Shown in pieces: positions 62,201 through 64,000 of a stretch of DNA of 64,000 bases. The stretch lies in the NCBI GenBank assembly GCA_024679065.1, contig JAGIQG010000014.1, forward strand, positions 11,036,001-11,100,000, given 5' to 3'. Within the stretch, counting starts at the first letter, position 1; each line of letters opens with the position of its first letter. The stretch is from Sphyrna mokarran. Taxonomy: Eukaryota. The translations under genes and the position numbers were made by a program. The notes beneath the pieces were generated by a model. It ran no database searches, was not told the DNA's origin, and saw only the letters and a list, made by a program, of their open reading frames with translations.

Positions 62201-62310
62201 CCTTTAATAGTGATTTCAGTGTGTTTGTGAGCCCGGGTTTGAAGGAACACTCCTTTAATAGTGATTTCAGTGTTTGTGTGATTCCAGTTGTGAAAGACCA
62301 CTCCTTTAAT
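47270..62310 (+). repeat. Large satellite, ~51-bp monomer (GTGTGAAGGAACACTCCTTTAATAGTGATTTCA(GT)nGAGCCCGG), roughly 290-300 copies
   Basis: Continuous tandem array with 17-aa periodic translations. Monomer length varies through the (GT)n tract. Confidence 0.98.
53206..53305. other. Assembly gap (100 N)
   Basis: Run of exactly 100 N inside the satellite. Confidence 0.99.
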
Positions 62311-62639
62311 CTCAGATAGAAGTTGCCTCTCTCCTGTATCTGTGAAGTTTATTCTTTGTTCTTTTTTTTTGTAGCACATTTCTGCCGTGACTGAGGTACT
62401 GCCTTGTCCAAATCTGTTCCCCTTGTACTTGCTGCGTGTACATTCACTGTCGATCCCTCGCTGTACATGTGGCATGTGTGTGCTCTAACTATTAGTTCTT
62501 ACATATATTGCTCAGGAATTCGGGGGCAGGCAGAGATATCAGATTGTGATCCAGTCTTTGGAATTAAAGGAACAACAACTCTCCGGCATCTGGGCAACAG
62601 ACCGAGTGCTAAGTGGAGCCAGATGGAAGCTATTATAAC

Positions 62640-63003
62640 ACACGCACACAGACACACACACACACACACACACACAGAGCGAGGGAACTGCAATGGTTCT
62701 ACCGACATCTGGCACAGTGCACATGATGTATACACATGTGTATCTGTCTGTATGTATGTGTCTATGCCGGTCGAAGTGTCTGCAAGTGTGTGTCTGTCTG
62801 TATGTTTGTGCTTGTGTGTATGTCAGTGTGCATCTTTGTGTGTGTGTACGTATCTCGTGTGTGTGTACGTTTGTGTAAGTGTGCATGCTTGTTTGTCTGT
62901 ACTTAAGTGTGTTTGTGCATATGTCTGTGTGCAATTGCGTGTCTGTGTTTGTGCCTATGTGTAATTGTGCGTGTAAGTGTGTTTACGTGTGTGTGTTTCT
63001 GTG
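62640..63003. repeat. (CA)n and degenerate (TG)n microsatellite region
   Basis: Direct inspection. Confidence 0.85.
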
Positions 63004-63009
63004 TCATAG

Positions 63010-63105
63010 AGAAAATATGCAAACTCCACACAGGCGTTGTCCCGAGGCCAGAATCGAACCCGGGTCCCTGGCAGTGTGAGGTAGCAGTGCTGAGCGCTGT
63101 GCCAC
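63010..63105 (-). mobile_element. tRNA-derived SINE head fragment
   Basis: Minus strand ggtggcacagcgctcagcactgctacctcacactgccagggacccgggttcgattctggcc...gtggagtttgcat. Confidence 0.75.
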
Positions 63106-63951
63106 CTGGGATTGTTTTTCTTGGAGCGGCGAAGGTTGAAAGGGGGCCTGAGAGAGGTGTGCAAGGTGGGGAGGGGCATCGATAGGGTAGAGAGGACGGC
63201 ATGTTTTCCAAGGGTCAATAAACAGGGGACATAGAGTTAAGGTTAAAAAGCTAAGAGTGGATTCGAATCGAAAGGTTTGCACCCAGAGAGTTGTGGGAGT
63301 CTGGAACTCTCATAATATTGAAGATGTATTTTGATATGCACTTGCAATACTGTAAACCCTCCAGGGCTATGAGTTTTAAAAATAGGATTAGAGTGTTTAC
63401 TTGCGTGAACACAATTTGCCAGAATCTCTATGAAAATAAATGCTCTGGATGTGAGTACTCCAGTGCCCTCTGCAATTGAAGCATAACTTCCCTAGTCCTG
63501 CATTCAATTGCCTTCACTCCAATGGATTTGGGGAGGTTGTGTAGTGGCCCAGAGAACCAGGCTAATGCTCTGGTGACCCAGGTTCGAATCCCACCACGGC
63601 AGACGGTGGAATTGGATCTCAGTAGAAAATATCTATTTCTATCTTTTATGCCCAGGATTTCCTCCAGGGTTTTATCAGGATTATGGAACGGAGAATTAGA
63701 ATACTGCAGATGCAGCAAATCGGAAATAAAAACGCAAAATGCTAGTGTGCGGTGACCTGAGATTACAGATAGGACAGTGGAATGTGCTTTTTAAAATCAG
63801 GAAGATCTTCATATAAATAAATAACAAAGTTCCACAATAATTAATTCAGCAGAACGGTAATAACGATGGGAACAGGAGCACTAGTACTTGTACAAACGGC
63901 TGCCACAAAAGGACACAGCTTTAAGGTGCTGGGGAGTAGAAAACTCCCCAG

Positions 63952-64000
63952 AAAAAAGAACAAAACAGCACGGGAAACAGGCCCTTCGGCCCAACGAGCC
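63952..64000 (-). mobile_element. Tail of another chimeric LINE/SINE copy running out of the window
   Basis: agaacaaaacagcacgggaaacaggcccttcggcccaacgagcc, the same as 40601-40644. Confidence 0.75.

Noticed and set aside
47270-62310. Dozens of ORFs (HTEITIKGVFLHTRA and similar) and a CRISPR-like regular repeat
   Set aside because: Head-to-tail satellite with no unique spacers and no cas genes in a vertebrate context. Frames are broken by (GT)n slippage.
63565-63620. tRNA gene (GGTTCGAATCCC T-loop)
   Set aside because: No full cloverleaf. Like the other B-box matches at ~19465, ~38195 and ~63055, it looks like a SINE head.

Overview
Eukaryotic, repeat-saturated DNA. The CR1/L2-type LINEs with (TTCTATG)n tails, V-SINE/HE1-like SINEs and satellite types point to a cartilaginous fish, probably a shark (inference). 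One host gene is recognisable and the ORF track misses it: a + strand, multi-exon Fc receptor gamma-chain (FCER1G)-like signalling adaptor at ~8993-18445. Its signal-peptide exon was not found and probably lies upstream of the window. Mammalian FcR-gamma has one ITAM. This gene has an extra phase-0 75-bp exon that completes a second canonical ITAM (YEEI-x7-YLGL) in front of the conserved one (YTGL-x7-YESL), an architecture intermediate between FcR-gamma and CD3-zeta. A possible 27-bp in-frame micro-exon would break the first ITAM. Each intron of the gene carries a different tandem array. The rest of the window is 5'-truncated CR1-like LINEs (several nested, with short target duplications), a decayed RTE LINE, Rex1/Babar 3' ends, Penelope-like fragments with minimal hammerhead-ribozyme motifs and a ~60-bp-arm hairpin, a chimeric LINE ending in a captured SINE, and a ~15-kb 51-bp satellite with higher-order structure and a 100-N gap. 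Almost all long ORFs in the track are LINE fragments or repeat artefacts. All repeat boundaries were read by eye and are approximate.
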